This document shows, piece by piece, positions 1-8,956 of a stretch of DNA of 64,000 nt (its first letter is position 1; the number at the start of each line of letters is the position of its first letter). Position numbers and translations under genes: made by a program. A model generated the notes under the pieces. That model worked only from the letters and a program-made list of their open reading frames with translations. It searched no databases and was not told where the DNA came from. The stretch lies in NCBI GenBank assembly GCA_963770895.1, contig CAVYRF010000002.1:4992001-5056000 (forward strand), in the 5' to 3' direction. The DNA comes from an uncultured Acidobacteriota bacterium (GTDB lineage Bacteria; Acidobacteriota; Thermoanaerobaculia; Multivoradales; UBA5704).

Positions 1-336
1 CTGCAGCAGGGGCGCTACCGGGTGGGGGTCAGCTTTCAGGACGGCAGTGGCACCACCAGCCAGGGCAACGTCGTCAGCTCGCTGGCCTCGGCGGACTCGG
101 GGGTGTTCTGGTTTTTCGGCCCCGACGACTGGGAGCTGCTGGTCAAGGTGCTGGATGGGTGCGCCGTCAACCAGCAGGTCTGGGTCTTCACCGCCGCGAC
201 GACCAACCTGGCGTACACGCTGACCGTCACCGATACGGTGACCGGCACCGTCAAGACCTACCCCAATGCCGCCGGCCCACCCGCCCCGGCGGTGACCGAC
301 GTGGGCGCCTTCGCCGGCTGTGCTTCGCCGCCCTGA
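1..336 (+). CDS. 3' end of a probably secreted protein (5'-truncated) carrying a conserved C-terminal FWFF...ELLVKVLDGCAVN domain
   Basis: Frame open from base 1 (LQQGRYRV...) to TGA at 334-336; aligns by eye with the C-terminus of the chitinase at 38192-38566. Confidence 0.8.
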   Translation: MQQGRYRVGVSFQDGSGTTSQGNVVSSLASADSGVFWFFGPDDWELLVKVLDGCAVNQQVWVFTAATTNLAYTLTVTDTVTGTVKTYPNAAGPPAPAVTDVGAFAGCASPP

Positions 337-432
337 CCGTAGGGCAACGCTGATGGCGACCAGGCTGTGCTCGGCACGTGCCCCCGCAGTAGTCAAGGGC
401 CGGCCTGAGCATGCTCGGGAGGGTGGGGGCGG

Positions 433-1044
433 CTACGCCTTGGGTGCCGCGGCGGCGGCGAGGCGGCCGTCCAGGTCGAGCGCGGGGGCTACGGCTTGCA
501 TCGCCTGCAGGACGTTGCCGACGTGCTGCCATAGGTCGAGCGTGCCGCCGAAGCAGGCGGTGCTGAAGTCGGCGGTTGCCTGGGCGACGTGCTCGCGGTC
601 GACGCCGGCGGCAAAGGCGCGCTCCTTCCAGCGCTTCTGGATCGATTTGACCTCCACCTCGCGTACGTCCTTGCTGGGACGCACCAGGGCGGCGGCGATC
701 ACCAGGCCGGTGACTTCGTCGCAGGCCAGGAGGGCGAAATCGATCGGCTGCTGGCGCTCGACGCCGGTGCCGGGGGTGTTGTGGGAGAGGATCGCCTGCA
801 CCACGGTGTCGCTGGCGCCGCGCTCCCGCAGCAGCGCCACGCCCGCGGCCGGGTGCGCGTCCAGGGTGGGGTGGATCTCCCAGTCGTAGTCGTGGAGCAG
901 CCCCGCCAGGCCCCACTGGTCGACGTCGCCGCCCAGCCGCGCCGCATAGTGGCGCATCGCCGCCTCGACGGCCAGCATGTGCCGGCGCAGTCCTTGTGCC
1001 TGCACGTTTTCGACCACCAGGTCCCACGCTTGTTGCCGGTCCAT
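433..1044 (-). CDS. HD/HDIG-domain metal-dependent phosphohydrolase
   Basis: MDRQQAWDLV...LRRHMLAVEAAM...GLLHDYD...ILSH...ACDEVTG; ATG at 1044 chosen. Confidence 0.88.
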   Translation of the reverse strand: MDRQQAWDLVVENVQAQGLRRHMLAVEAAMRHYAARLGGDVDQWGLAGLLHDYDWEIHPTLDAHPAAGVALLRERGASDTVVQAILSHNTPGTGVERQQPIDFALLACDEVTGLVIAAALVRPSKDVREVEVKSIQKRWKERAFAAGVDREHVAQATADFSTACFGGTLDLWQHVGNVLQAMQAVAPALDLDGRLAAAAAPKA

Positions 1045-1198
1045 CGCCGCCTCCCGCGCCTGCCGCGCCCGCCGCCGGGCGCCACCCCCGGAGCAGCCAT
1101 AGAATATGCCGCGCCGGGTCACCGGCCAAGGCGCCAGGCCAATGCGAAAACCGCGCACCGCAGCTGCCGACTCCGACGGCGCGCCTCGGCGGCGGGGC

Positions 1199-2434
1199 AT
1201 GGGCGAGGTTTCTTTGGAGCGGGCGCTGTCCAAGCTGGGCCTGGCGACGCGGACGCAGGCGCGGGCGCTGGTGGGCGAACGGCGGGTGACGGTGGACGGG
1301 CGGGTCGTGACCGATCCGCTGGCGCCGGTCGTCCCCGAGCGCGCCGGCATCGCGATCGACGGCGTGCCGGCGCGGCGGCCAGAGGCATTGACGGTGCTGC
1401 TCAACAAGCCGCGCGGCGTGCTGACCACCCGCTCGGATCCCCGCGGCCGGCCGACCGTCTACGGCTGCCTGGCCGGCTGCGACGCCCACCTGGTGCCGGT
1501 CGGCCGCCTGGACGCGGCCACCACCGGGCTGCTGTTGCTGACCAACGACACCCGCCTGGCCGCCTGGCTGACCGACCCCGCCCAGGCCGTGCCGCGGATC
1601 TACCTGGTCACCGTGCGCGGCGAGCTGACCGCAGACCGGGCGCTGGCCGCCACCGCCGGCGTCGCAGACGCGGGCGAGCTGCTCGCGGCGCGCTCCGTCA
1701 CCGTGCGCAAGGTGTCACGCCGCGAAACCCACCTGACCGTCGAGCTGACCGAAGGCAAGAACCGCGAGATCCGCCGCCTGTTCGACGCCCTGGGCCACGA
1801 GGTCACCTCCTTGAAGCGCGTCGCCTTCGGCGGCCTCTCCCTGGGACGCCTCGCACCGGGCGCCTGGCGCGTGGTCCCCGTCGCCGAGCTTGCAATCGCC
1901 TTCCCCGGTGCGCCCCTGCCCCGGGGAGGCGCACCGGGAAGGCTTGGCAACCGGCTTAGCAACCTCTGTGTGGCCGGCGCTTGCCCCGCCGCCGCGGTAC
2001 CCCGCGCAGGGGAAGACGCCAGCGGATCACTGGCTGCAGGTGTTGACCGGGCAGAAGGTGAAACCATGCGTCGGGAGGCAGGGCACCGTGCTCCCGCCTC
2101 CGGCCGCCTCGCGGAGTGTGTCGGGCGAGGCGAGCTGGCGCAGGGTCTCGCGGTAGAGCTGGAGCTTGCGGCTCTTCTTCATGATCTGTTCTCCTTGTCG
2201 GTTGACGATCCGCTGGTGCCGGCGTGTCCGGCCGGGCCTTTCAAAAAGGGGAGTGCCTCGGCTTTACCTGTTCGTGACCTGGCCCCTGCTGCTTCACCGT
2301 CGAGACCGCGCGCGCGATGCCCCACTACCCAGCGGGCGGCGGCTTCCGGCGGGGGGTGGTTCGGCGGTAGAGTCGGCAGCCGTGCGCAAAATCTCGCTTG
2401 TCACCACCGGCGGCACCATCGAAAAGGTCTATGA
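1199..2434 (+). CDS. RsuA/RluB-family pseudouridine synthase (recognisable domain ends near 1900; long C-terminal tail doubtful)
   Basis: S4 domain (LERALSKLGLATR), LNKPRG, VGRLDAATTGLLLLTND, EGKNREIRR; start could be 1106, 1142 or 1199. Confidence 0.85.
   Translation: MGEVSLERALSKLGLATRTQARALVGERRVTVDGRVVTDPLAPVVPERAGIAIDGVPARRPEALTVLLNKPRGVLTTRSDPRGRPTVYGCLAGCDAHLVPVGRLDAATTGLLLLTNDTRLAAWLTDPAQAVPRIYLVTVRGELTADRALAATAGVADAGELLAARSVTVRKVSRRETHLTVELTEGKNREIRRLFDALGHEVTSLKRVAFGGLSLGRLAPGAWRVVPVAELAIAFPGAPLPRGGAPGRLGNRLSNLCVAGACPAAAVPRAGEDASGSLAAGVDRAEGETMRREAGHRAPASGRLAECVGRGELAQGLAVELELAALLHDLFSLSVDDPLVPACPAGPFKKGSASALPVRDLAPAASPSRPRARCPTTQRAAASGGGWFGGRVGSRAQNLACHHRRHHRKGL
2027..2182 (-). 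CDS. Putative RiPP precursor peptide 1, 51 aa: MKKSRKLQLYRETLRQLASPDTLREAAGG-GSTVPCLPTHGFTFCPVNTCSQ
   Basis: Hand-translated, absent from ORF track; AAGGAG RBS upstream of ATG; KLxLxRETLRxL leader, double-Gly site, core with 3 Cys and several Ser/Thr. Confidence 0.8.
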   Translation of the reverse strand: MKKSRKLQLYRETLRQLASPDTLREAAGGGSTVPCLPTHGFTFCPVNTCSQ

Positions 2435-2924
2435 CGAGCAGACCGGCGGCCTTGCCAACCGGCATAGCCTGGTCCACCGGATGCTGTCCGAGCTGCGGCT
2501 GGAGGACACCGAGGTGAGCGTCTTCGAGCTGATGAGCAAGGACAGCCTGGACATGACGGATGCCGACCGCCAGCGGATCGTCGAGGCGGTGCGGGCCATC
2601 GGCCCGGTCGGGGACGGGGAGGCGAGCGGCATCGTCATCCTGCACGGCACCGATACGCTGGCGCACACCGGCGAACGGCTGTGGGCGGAGATCCCGCAGC
2701 CGCGGGTGCCGATCGTGCTCACCGGCGCCATGCGGCCGTTCGAGATGAAGCGCTCCGATGCGCTGCAAAACCTCACCGAAGCGCTCTTCGCCACCGGCGT
2801 CCTGCCTCCCGGCGTGTATTGCGTAGCCCACGGCCGTGCCCTGGCCTTTCCCGGCGTCCGCAAGGACCCGGCGCGGGGCACCTTCGTCAAGGCTCCGCCT
2901 GCCACCAGCTCCGGCCCTCTTTAG
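2382..2924 (+). CDS. Short asparaginase-domain protein (N-terminal domain only)
   Basis: TTGGTIEK, KDSLDMTDADR, ILHGTDTLA, LTGAMRP motifs; GTG start. Confidence 0.85.
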   Translation: MRKISLVTTGGTIEKVYDEQTGGLANRHSLVHRMLSELRLEDTEVSVFELMSKDSLDMTDADRQRIVEAVRAIGPVGDGEASGIVILHGTDTLAHTGERLWAEIPQPRVPIVLTGAMRPFEMKRSDALQNLTEALFATGVLPPGVYCVAHGRALAFPGVRKDPARGTFVKAPPATSSGPL

Positions 2925-2985
2925 ACAGCGCCCAGAGCGCTGGGCTACCCCGCCTCTGCTTCGCCGCCAAGAGGGTGGGCCAGGG

Positions 2986-3486
2986 TCACATCGCTTCGTC
3001 GGCCGAGGGGCCGAACAGGGCGGGCAGCGGCACGTCGTTGAGCCGTAGATAGACGGTGAGCTGGCCGCGGTGGTGGATGCCGTGGCTGAAGAAGAGCCGC
3101 CGCAGCGCGGCGCCGCGGGTCATCGCGAACATCACCTGGCCGTGGCGCCGCAGCGTCCAGGGGGCGGCCAGGTCGGCTGCGGTCGCCGCTTCGATCAACG
3201 GCCGCACGATGCGGTCGTTCTCCTCGAGCAGAGCCACGATTTCGGCGCGCGAGCCGAGGATGCGCGGCTTGCGCGGGGTGCCGTCGGGCATGACGTCGAA
3301 GTCGTCGTTGCCCAGGACGTCGGCGGCGCGGTGGTGCAGGTCGGCCAGGTGGGTGGCCAGGCGCCCCAGGGTCATCGACTTGACGTGCGGCTGCCAGTCC
3401 AGGCGGTCGTCGGGCAGGCGCTCCAGGATCTTGCGCGTCCTGCCGGTCTCTTCGTCGTATTCCGCCACCAGCTCTGCAAGGCTCAT
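2986..3486 (-). CDS. DinB family protein
   Basis: WQPHVKSMTLGRLATHL and HGIHHRGQLTVYLRL motifs; GGAG RBS. Confidence 0.88.
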   Translation of the reverse strand: MSLAELVAEYDEETGRTRKILERLPDDRLDWQPHVKSMTLGRLATHLADLHHRAADVLGNDDFDVMPDGTPRKPRILGSRAEIVALLEENDRIVRPLIEAATAADLAAPWTLRRHGQVMFAMTRGAALRRLFFSHGIHHRGQLTVYLRLNDVPLPALFGPSADEAM

Positions 3487-3571
3487 GAGCGTGTCTCCAG
3501 TCGGGTGGTGCGGCGCGGCTTGCTCGCCGGCCGCCCAGGCGCCGATGGTAGACCATCCATCGTCCTCGTCC

Positions 3572-4288
3572 TCATCCCTCCCCCTCGCCGCCCTCGCCGC
3601 TACTATCGCCACCTTCGCCACCTTCGCCACCTTCGCCACCATGGCGATCGTCGCGACGATCGCCGAAGGGCAGCAGCAGCGCCGTGCCGGCGCCGCCGTC
3701 GTAGATCAGCCGCGGGTGGGGCAGGGAGCCGGTGACGCGGGCGTTGGCGTCCAGCTGGTGCGGGTCGGCGCGGCCGGGCGCCAGGATGTGGAGGACCGCG
3801 ACGCCGCGCGCCGTGGCGGCGTCGGCGATCAGCCGGCGGTGGCAGCGCCAGGGAACGGCCTCGGCGCACAGGACCACGGTGCGCTGCCGCGCGCTGGACG
3901 CGAGCAGGCGGTCGAGCGCGGCCTGGAAGGGCGCCGACTCCATGTGGTCGGCATAGGCGCGGAAGGCCTCCACCCGCCAGGCGGTGTGCGGCGAGCCGGC
4001 GACCGGGGCGCGGCGCCCGCCCAGGTCGGGCTCGTGGCGGTAGACGATGCCGGCGGCGGCCAGGCTGGCGGCCAGCGCGCCCTGCGCGAACTGCGGGTGG
4101 CGGCGGGAGGCCGGGAAGCGGCGCACGTCCACCAGGAGCTGGATGCGGTGCTCGGCCAGCAGGGCCAGCAGCTCCTCGCCGGCGCGGGTGGAATGCCCGA
4201 CGGTGAACAGGGGCGGCGGCGGGTTGCCGGCGCGGCTGCTGTCGTCGGCGCCGCCGGCGTCGGGCGGGCCGATTGCAGGGGAGCGCAT
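3572..4288 (-). CDS. DUF488 family protein
   Basis: TVGHSTR, LVDVRRFPASRRHPQF, LCAEAVPWRCHRRLIAD; Gly/Glu low-complexity tail. Confidence 0.85.
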   Translation of the reverse strand: MRSPAIGPPDAGGADDSSRAGNPPPPLFTVGHSTRAGEELLALLAEHRIQLLVDVRRFPASRRHPQFAQGALAASLAAAGIVYRHEPDLGGRRAPVAGSPHTAWRVEAFRAYADHMESAPFQAALDRLLASSARQRTVVLCAEAVPWRCHRRLIADAATARGVAVLHILAPGRADPHQLDANARVTGSLPHPRLIYDGGAGTALLLPFGDRRDDRHGGEGGEGGEGGDSSGEGGEGEG

Positions 4289-4330
4289 CGGGCTACTATA
4301 GATGCGCCCTGCCAGCGGCCGGGCGCGGGG

Positions 4331-5083
4331 GTGCGATTGCTGATCCGAGTTGTCACTTACAACATCCATCGCGCCATCGGCGTGGATCGCCGCTTTCGGC
4401 CGGAGCGCGTGGTCCGCATCCTGCACCACCACGCGCCGGACATCCTGCTGCTGCAAGAGGTGGACGACGGCGCCCCGCGCTCGCGCGAGCTCGACATGGC
4501 GCGCGAGCTGGCCGCCGAGCTGGGCTTCCCGCATTTTGCTTTCGGCCACAACGTCAGCCTGCGCAAGGGGCGCTACGGCAATGCGACCCTGAGCCGCTTC
4601 CCGATCTTGCGCGAGCGCAACATCGACCTGTCGGTCAGCGGCAGCTGGATCCGCCGCGGGTGCCAGCACACGAGCATCGCGCCGCCCACGGCCGGTGGCG
4701 CGCCGATCGAGGTGTTCAACCTCCACCTCGGGCTGTCGGCGCGCGAGCGCGAGCGCCAGGTGCAGCTGCTGGCCCGTTCCTCCGAGTTCGCCGCCCTGGT
4801 CCCCGACGCGCCGTGCCTGATCGCCGGCGACTTCAACGACTGGCGGTCGCTGCTGCGCCCGGCGATGACCATCGGCCTCGGCCTGCGCTGCGCCACCGAC
4901 AGCCGTTCGGCCAAGCAGCGCCCGCTGCTCACCTTCCCGTCCTTTTCGCCACGCGGCGGGCTGGACCGCATCTACTACCGGGGTCCGCTCCGCCTGCTCG
5001 GCGTGCGGCGCTGCCGCCTGCGCCTGTCGCGGGTGGCGAGCGACCACCTGCCGGTCATCGCCGAGTTCCAATACGTAGGCTAA
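4331..5083 (+). CDS. Endonuclease/exonuclease/phosphatase family protein
   Basis: TYNIHRAIG, LLQEVD, GDFND, LDRIY, SDHLP motifs. Confidence 0.9.
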   Translation: MRLLIRVVTYNIHRAIGVDRRFRPERVVRILHHHAPDILLLQEVDDGAPRSRELDMARELAAELGFPHFAFGHNVSLRKGRYGNATLSRFPILRERNIDLSVSGSWIRRGCQHTSIAPPTAGGAPIEVFNLHLGLSARERERQVQLLARSSEFAALVPDAPCLIAGDFNDWRSLLRPAMTIGLGLRCATDSRSAKQRPLLTFPSFSPRGGLDRIYYRGPLRLLGVRRCRLRLSRVASDHLPVIAEFQYVG

Positions 5084-5201
5084 TCGCATCCCCGACGGGG
5101 TATGCTGAATGCCCGCCCGCGCCGGGCGCCGCATGCCGCGGGGCGCCGGGCGCCCGCGCCGACGTGCGGCATGAGCAGCGATAGCGAATTGCGATAACCC
5201 G

Positions 5202-7133
5202 ATGCCGCGCCCCGCAGTCCTGGTCGTCCATCCCGATGCCGGCCTCCGCAAGGAGCTGGCGCGCGGCCTCGCCTCGCTGGGCTACGAGGTGATCCCGGCG
5301 CTCGACGAAGCCCAGGGCCGGCGCTTCGCCGAAGAGCTGGCGCCGGCGGTCGTCGTGGCGCCGCTCGGGTTTTTCGCCGTGCCGCTGCCGCCCGCCGGCG
5401 CCACCGGCGCCGGCCGCACCCTGCTGCTGCTGGGCGAGCGCGAGGAGGACGGCCAGGACCTGCCGCAGGAGGTCAGCTACCTGGCGACCGGCGGTCTGGC
5501 CGCCGCCGACCTGGTCCACCGCGTGCACGTGCTGCTGCTCGGCCGCGAGGTGGGCGTCGAAGCGGACGCGCGGCTCGAAGCGCTGGTCGGCGACCTGGCG
5601 CTGCTGCCGTTTTTGGAGCTGCTGCGCGCCCTGCACCGCGCCGAGCTGTCGGGGCGGCTCATCCACGCCGCCGGCGAGGTGACGCTGGTGGGCGGCCAGG
5701 CGACGGACGCCGCCGCCGGCCCGACCCGCGGCGTCAAGGCCTTTTGCCGCCTCAGCCACCTGGCTTCGGGGGCGGTGCGCGTGGTGCCGGCGGCGGCCGA
5801 CGACGAATCCGCCCTGGGCCGCGCCGGCGGCGGCGAGCGCGCCATCGGGCTGGACCTCAAGGCGCTGATCATCCGCGCGCTGGAAGACAAGGTGCACGAC
5901 GCTCCGGACGGCGACGCCCGCCTGCGCCTGGCGATCGGCCGCGACTTTTTCGCGCGCAGCTTCACGCCCCTCCAGCAGGAGGTGATCGCCGCGATCCCGG
6001 CCGCCCAGCAGGTCGGCCGCCTGCTCGACGCCCTGCCGGCCACCGACGGCGAGATCGTGCGCGCCCTGCGCGAGCTGGAGCAGGCCGGGGTGGTGGTGGT
6101 CGAGGAGGCGCAGCAGGGGACGGTGCAGGTGGTGACCGACTCGACCTGCGATCTGCCGGCCGACCTGGCGCGCGCCCACGGCATCCAGATCGTGCCCCTG
6201 CTGGTGATCTTCGGCGACCGCATCTTCCACGACGGCGTGGACCTGGCGGCGCGCGAGTTCTACGACAAGCTGCAGAGCGGACCCGGCTCGCCGCGGACCA
6301 ACCCGCCGCCGCGCGCCGACTTCCTGAAGGTCTATCGCGAGGCGGCGGCCCACCGCGACATCTTTTCGCTGCACCTGTCCGAGAAGCTGTCGCAGACCGT
6401 CGTCAACGCCCGCGCCGTCGCCGCCGAAGCGCGGCCGATGCTGGCCGCCCAGCGCCCCGCCGGCGAGCCGCCGCTGGCGCTGGAGGTGGCGGACGGCGCC
6501 AGCATCAGCCTGGGGCTGGGCCTGCAAGCGCTGTTCGCGGCGCGCATGGCACGGCGCGGCGTCGCCTTGGAGGCGATCGGCCGCCGCATCGACGCGATGC
6601 GCAACCGGCTCCACCTGCTGTTCGTGGTCGACACCCTCGAATACCTGGTGCGCGGCGGCCGCATCGGCAAGGCGCGCGCGGTGGTCGGCAAGGTGCTCGG
6701 CGTCAAGCCGATCCTGGGCGTCGTCGACGGCGAGGTGGTGGCGGTGGACCGGGTGCGCGGCGGCCGCGCGGCCCACCCGCGGCTGGTCGAGCTGTTCGCC
6801 CAACGCATCGATCCGGCGCGGCCGGTGGTGGTGGCGATCGGCCACGGCAAGGCGCCGATCTGGGCCGACCGCCTGCGCGCCCTTCTGCAACAGCGCTTTG
6901 TGGTCGCGGAGCTGCTGGTGGGCGAAATCGGCCCGGTGGTGGGCACCCACGCGGGGCCGGGGGCCGTGGGCGCCGCGCTGTTCCAACCAACCGCCGAGGA
7001 GCTGCCGCTGATCGCCCCGCTCGCCGGCGCCGGTGTCGACGCCGGCGCCGAAAGCGCGGCCGGCGCCGGTGGATCGACGCGCAGCGAGGATCGCTCTACA
7101 CTGCTCTCAGGGGCGGAAGCACGGAAGGACTGA
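5202..7133 (+). CDS. DegV/FakB fatty-acid-binding protein with N-terminal receiver-like and DUF4388-like regions
   Basis: VVTDSTCDLP, LSEKLSQT, TLEYLVRGGRIG, HAGPGAVG in the C-terminal half; about 300 aa extra at the N-terminus. Confidence 0.85.
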   Translation: MPRPAVLVVHPDAGLRKELARGLASLGYEVIPALDEAQGRRFAEELAPAVVVAPLGFFAVPLPPAGATGAGRTLLLLGEREEDGQDLPQEVSYLATGGLAAADLVHRVHVLLLGREVGVEADARLEALVGDLALLPFLELLRALHRAELSGRLIHAAGEVTLVGGQATDAAAGPTRGVKAFCRLSHLASGAVRVVPAAADDESALGRAGGGERAIGLDLKALIIRALEDKVHDAPDGDARLRLAIGRDFFARSFTPLQQEVIAAIPAAQQVGRLLDALPATDGEIVRALRELEQAGVVVVEEAQQGTVQVVTDSTCDLPADLARAHGIQIVPLLVIFGDRIFHDGVDLAAREFYDKLQSGPGSPRTNPPPRADFLKVYREAAAHRDIFSLHLSEKLSQTVVNARAVAAEARPMLAAQRPAGEPPLALEVADGASISLGLGLQALFAARMARRGVALEAIGRRIDAMRNRLHLLFVVDTLEYLVRGGRIGKARAVVGKVLGVKPILGVVDGEVVAVDRVRGGRAAHPRLVELFAQRIDPARPVVVAIGHGKAPIWADRLRALLQQRFVVAELLVGEIGPVVGTHAGPGAVGAALFQPTAEELPLIAPLAGAGVDAGAESAAGAGGSTRSEDRSTLLSGAEARKD

Positions 7134-7164
7134 AACCAGCACCACCGACCGGGAGGTCCCGCGC

Positions 7165-7632
7165 ATGTCCGACGAGCGAAAATACCGCCACCGCGGCTAC
7201 CAGGATTCGGGCGACAGCAGATCGTCGTCGGCGCCGCGCGGGTCGCAGCCGCCGCGTCCCAAGCCGGACGGTCCGCGCGGGCGTGGGCTGGGCGCGCCGA
7301 CCGAGGCGGTGTTCCGCTGCGCCGTCTGCGGCGCCAAGCGGCAGGTGTCGCTGGAGCCGGGCCATGCCGACTTCCCGGCCGTGGATGCCACCTGCGGCGG
7401 CTGCGGCACGGCGCTGCACAGCTGCACCCATTGCATCCAGTTCGACTCCGCCGTCCATTGGGAATGCCGGCGCGCGGCGGACCTGCCGGCGCGCGTCGCC
7501 AAAAAGAACGCCGCCAACGACTGCGCGCTGTGGGTGCCCAAGACGGCGCAGGAGTTCGGCGCCGACCGCGACCGCCCGGCGGCGCCGAGCAACGATCCGC
7601 GCGCGGCATTCGACGCGCTGTTCAAGATCTGA
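7165..7632 (+). CDS. Hypothetical zinc-ribbon protein
   Basis: GGAGG RBS; CAVC, CGGC, CTHC, C...C; ends RAAFDALFKI. Confidence 0.75.
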   Translation: MSDERKYRHRGYQDSGDSRSSSAPRGSQPPRPKPDGPRGRGLGAPTEAVFRCAVCGAKRQVSLEPGHADFPAVDATCGGCGTALHSCTHCIQFDSAVHWECRRAADLPARVAKKNAANDCALWVPKTAQEFGADRDRPAAPSNDPRAAFDALFKI

Positions 7633-7656
7633 GCGCGCCGCGGGCCCTTGGCTGAG

Positions 7657-8082
7657 ATGGCGGTGATTCCGATCGACGAACAGCTGGCGTTGCCCGACGA
7701 GGCGCTGACCTTCGTCACCTCGCGCAGCGGCGGTCCGGGCGGCCAGAACGTCAACAAGCTGGAAACCCGCGTCACGGTGCGCCTGGACCTGGCGACCCCG
7801 GCGCTCGCTCCGGAGCAGCGCGACCGCCTGCGCGAGCGCCTGGCGACGCGCGTCACCCGCGCCGGCGTCCTGCAGGTCACGTCGCAGCGCCACCGCACCC
7901 AGGCCGCCAACCGCGACGCGGCGATCGCCCGCCTGGTCGAGCTGGTGCGCGAAGCGCTGATCGAGGCGACGCCGCGCCGTGCCACCCGCCCCAGCCGCGC
8001 CGCCAAGGCGCGCCGCGTGCAGGCCAAGCGCCAGCGATCCCAACGCAAACGCCATCGCGCCGCGCCCGGCCTGGACGACTGA
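7657..8082 (+). CDS. arfB: Alternative ribosome rescue peptidyl-tRNA hydrolase ArfB
   Basis: SRSGGPGGQNVNK (GGQ) and basic C-terminal tail RRATRPSRAAKARR. Confidence 0.92.
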   Translation: MAVIPIDEQLALPDEALTFVTSRSGGPGGQNVNKLETRVTVRLDLATPALAPEQRDRLRERLATRVTRAGVLQVTSQRHRTQAANRDAAIARLVELVREALIEATPRRATRPSRAAKARRVQAKRQRSQRKRHRAAPGLDD

Positions 8083-8098
8083 CCCCGGCGCTTCAGCT

Positions 8099-8767
8099 TC
8101 AGCGGCGGGCGGCCCCGCTCTGGCGATCGGCGCGCAGCACCGCAACCGGCACGCCGTTATAGCGGTCGCTGTCCTGGTCGTTCTTTTCGGCCGCCGGTCC
8201 GGGATTTTGCGAACCGGCCTGGATGGTGATCCGGCCGCTCGCCAGGCCGGGTTTCATCTTGTATTGGTCGCTGGTCGTATACGAGATCTGGCCGAGGCCG
8301 TTGCCGCCCGCGGCGTTGACGCTGACCAGCGCCCAGTTGGGGCCGGTGCGCACCAGGCTGAGGTTCTTGCCGCCCGCGGCGACGGTGAAGCGGGCGTTGA
8401 CAGGCACTTCCTGGCCGGAGCCGTTGACGATGCCGGTACCGACCAGCGAGATCTTGATCTGCTCGCCGAGGTGAGCGGGCACGGTGGCGCCGATCGCGAA
8501 GTCGCCGCTGGTGGGGCCGTTCTGGCTCTGCACCCGCGCTTTCAGGGTGATCACCTCCAGCGGTGCCGCGAGCGCGGCGGGCGGCGCCGCCAGCACGACG
8601 GTGAGAGCGAAGGCGAACGCGAGCCCGCCGAGCGCTGGCAGCACACCGCGCGCGAGGGTCGCCGCGCGCTGGCCGGAGCCCGCCTGACGGCGCGCGCAGC
8701 CCGTCCTGGATGCAACGCCGGAAACGGCCTGGTGGGCGATCTGTGGTGCGGTACTGGGTGCGGTCAT
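8099..8767 (-). CDS. Hypothetical secreted beta-rich protein
   Basis: AGGGAGG RBS; hydrophobic signal-like stretch ending ALA-A; coding-like codon usage. Confidence 0.65.
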   Translation of the reverse strand: MTAPSTAPQIAHQAVSGVASRTGCARRQAGSGQRAATLARGVLPALGGLAFAFALTVVLAAPPAALAAPLEVITLKARVQSQNGPTSGDFAIGATVPAHLGEQIKISLVGTGIVNGSGQEVPVNARFTVAAGGKNLSLVRTGPNWALVSVNAAGGNGLGQISYTTSDQYKMKPGLASGRITIQAGSQNPGPAAEKNDQDSDRYNGVPVAVLRADRQSGAARR

Positions 8768-8956
8768 GGATTCCTCCCTGGTGGCCGGCTGCGGTTGAGG
8801 TGAGGCGATCTCTGCGCGTCGGCGGAGCCATGTGGCGCCGGCCCGCAGCTGCCAACTGCAAGCCGCCCGCCAGACCGCGGTCGCGGCAAGGCCGAAGGAG
8901 TGGAGCGGGCCGCGATCCAGGCACGCAGGCGAGCGAGGCCGCCGCTCGCGGGCGGC

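Noticed and set aside
3578-3640. 9-bp repeat CGCCACCTT as a regulatory element
   Set aside because: Explained as the GGE-repeat tail of the DUF488 protein.
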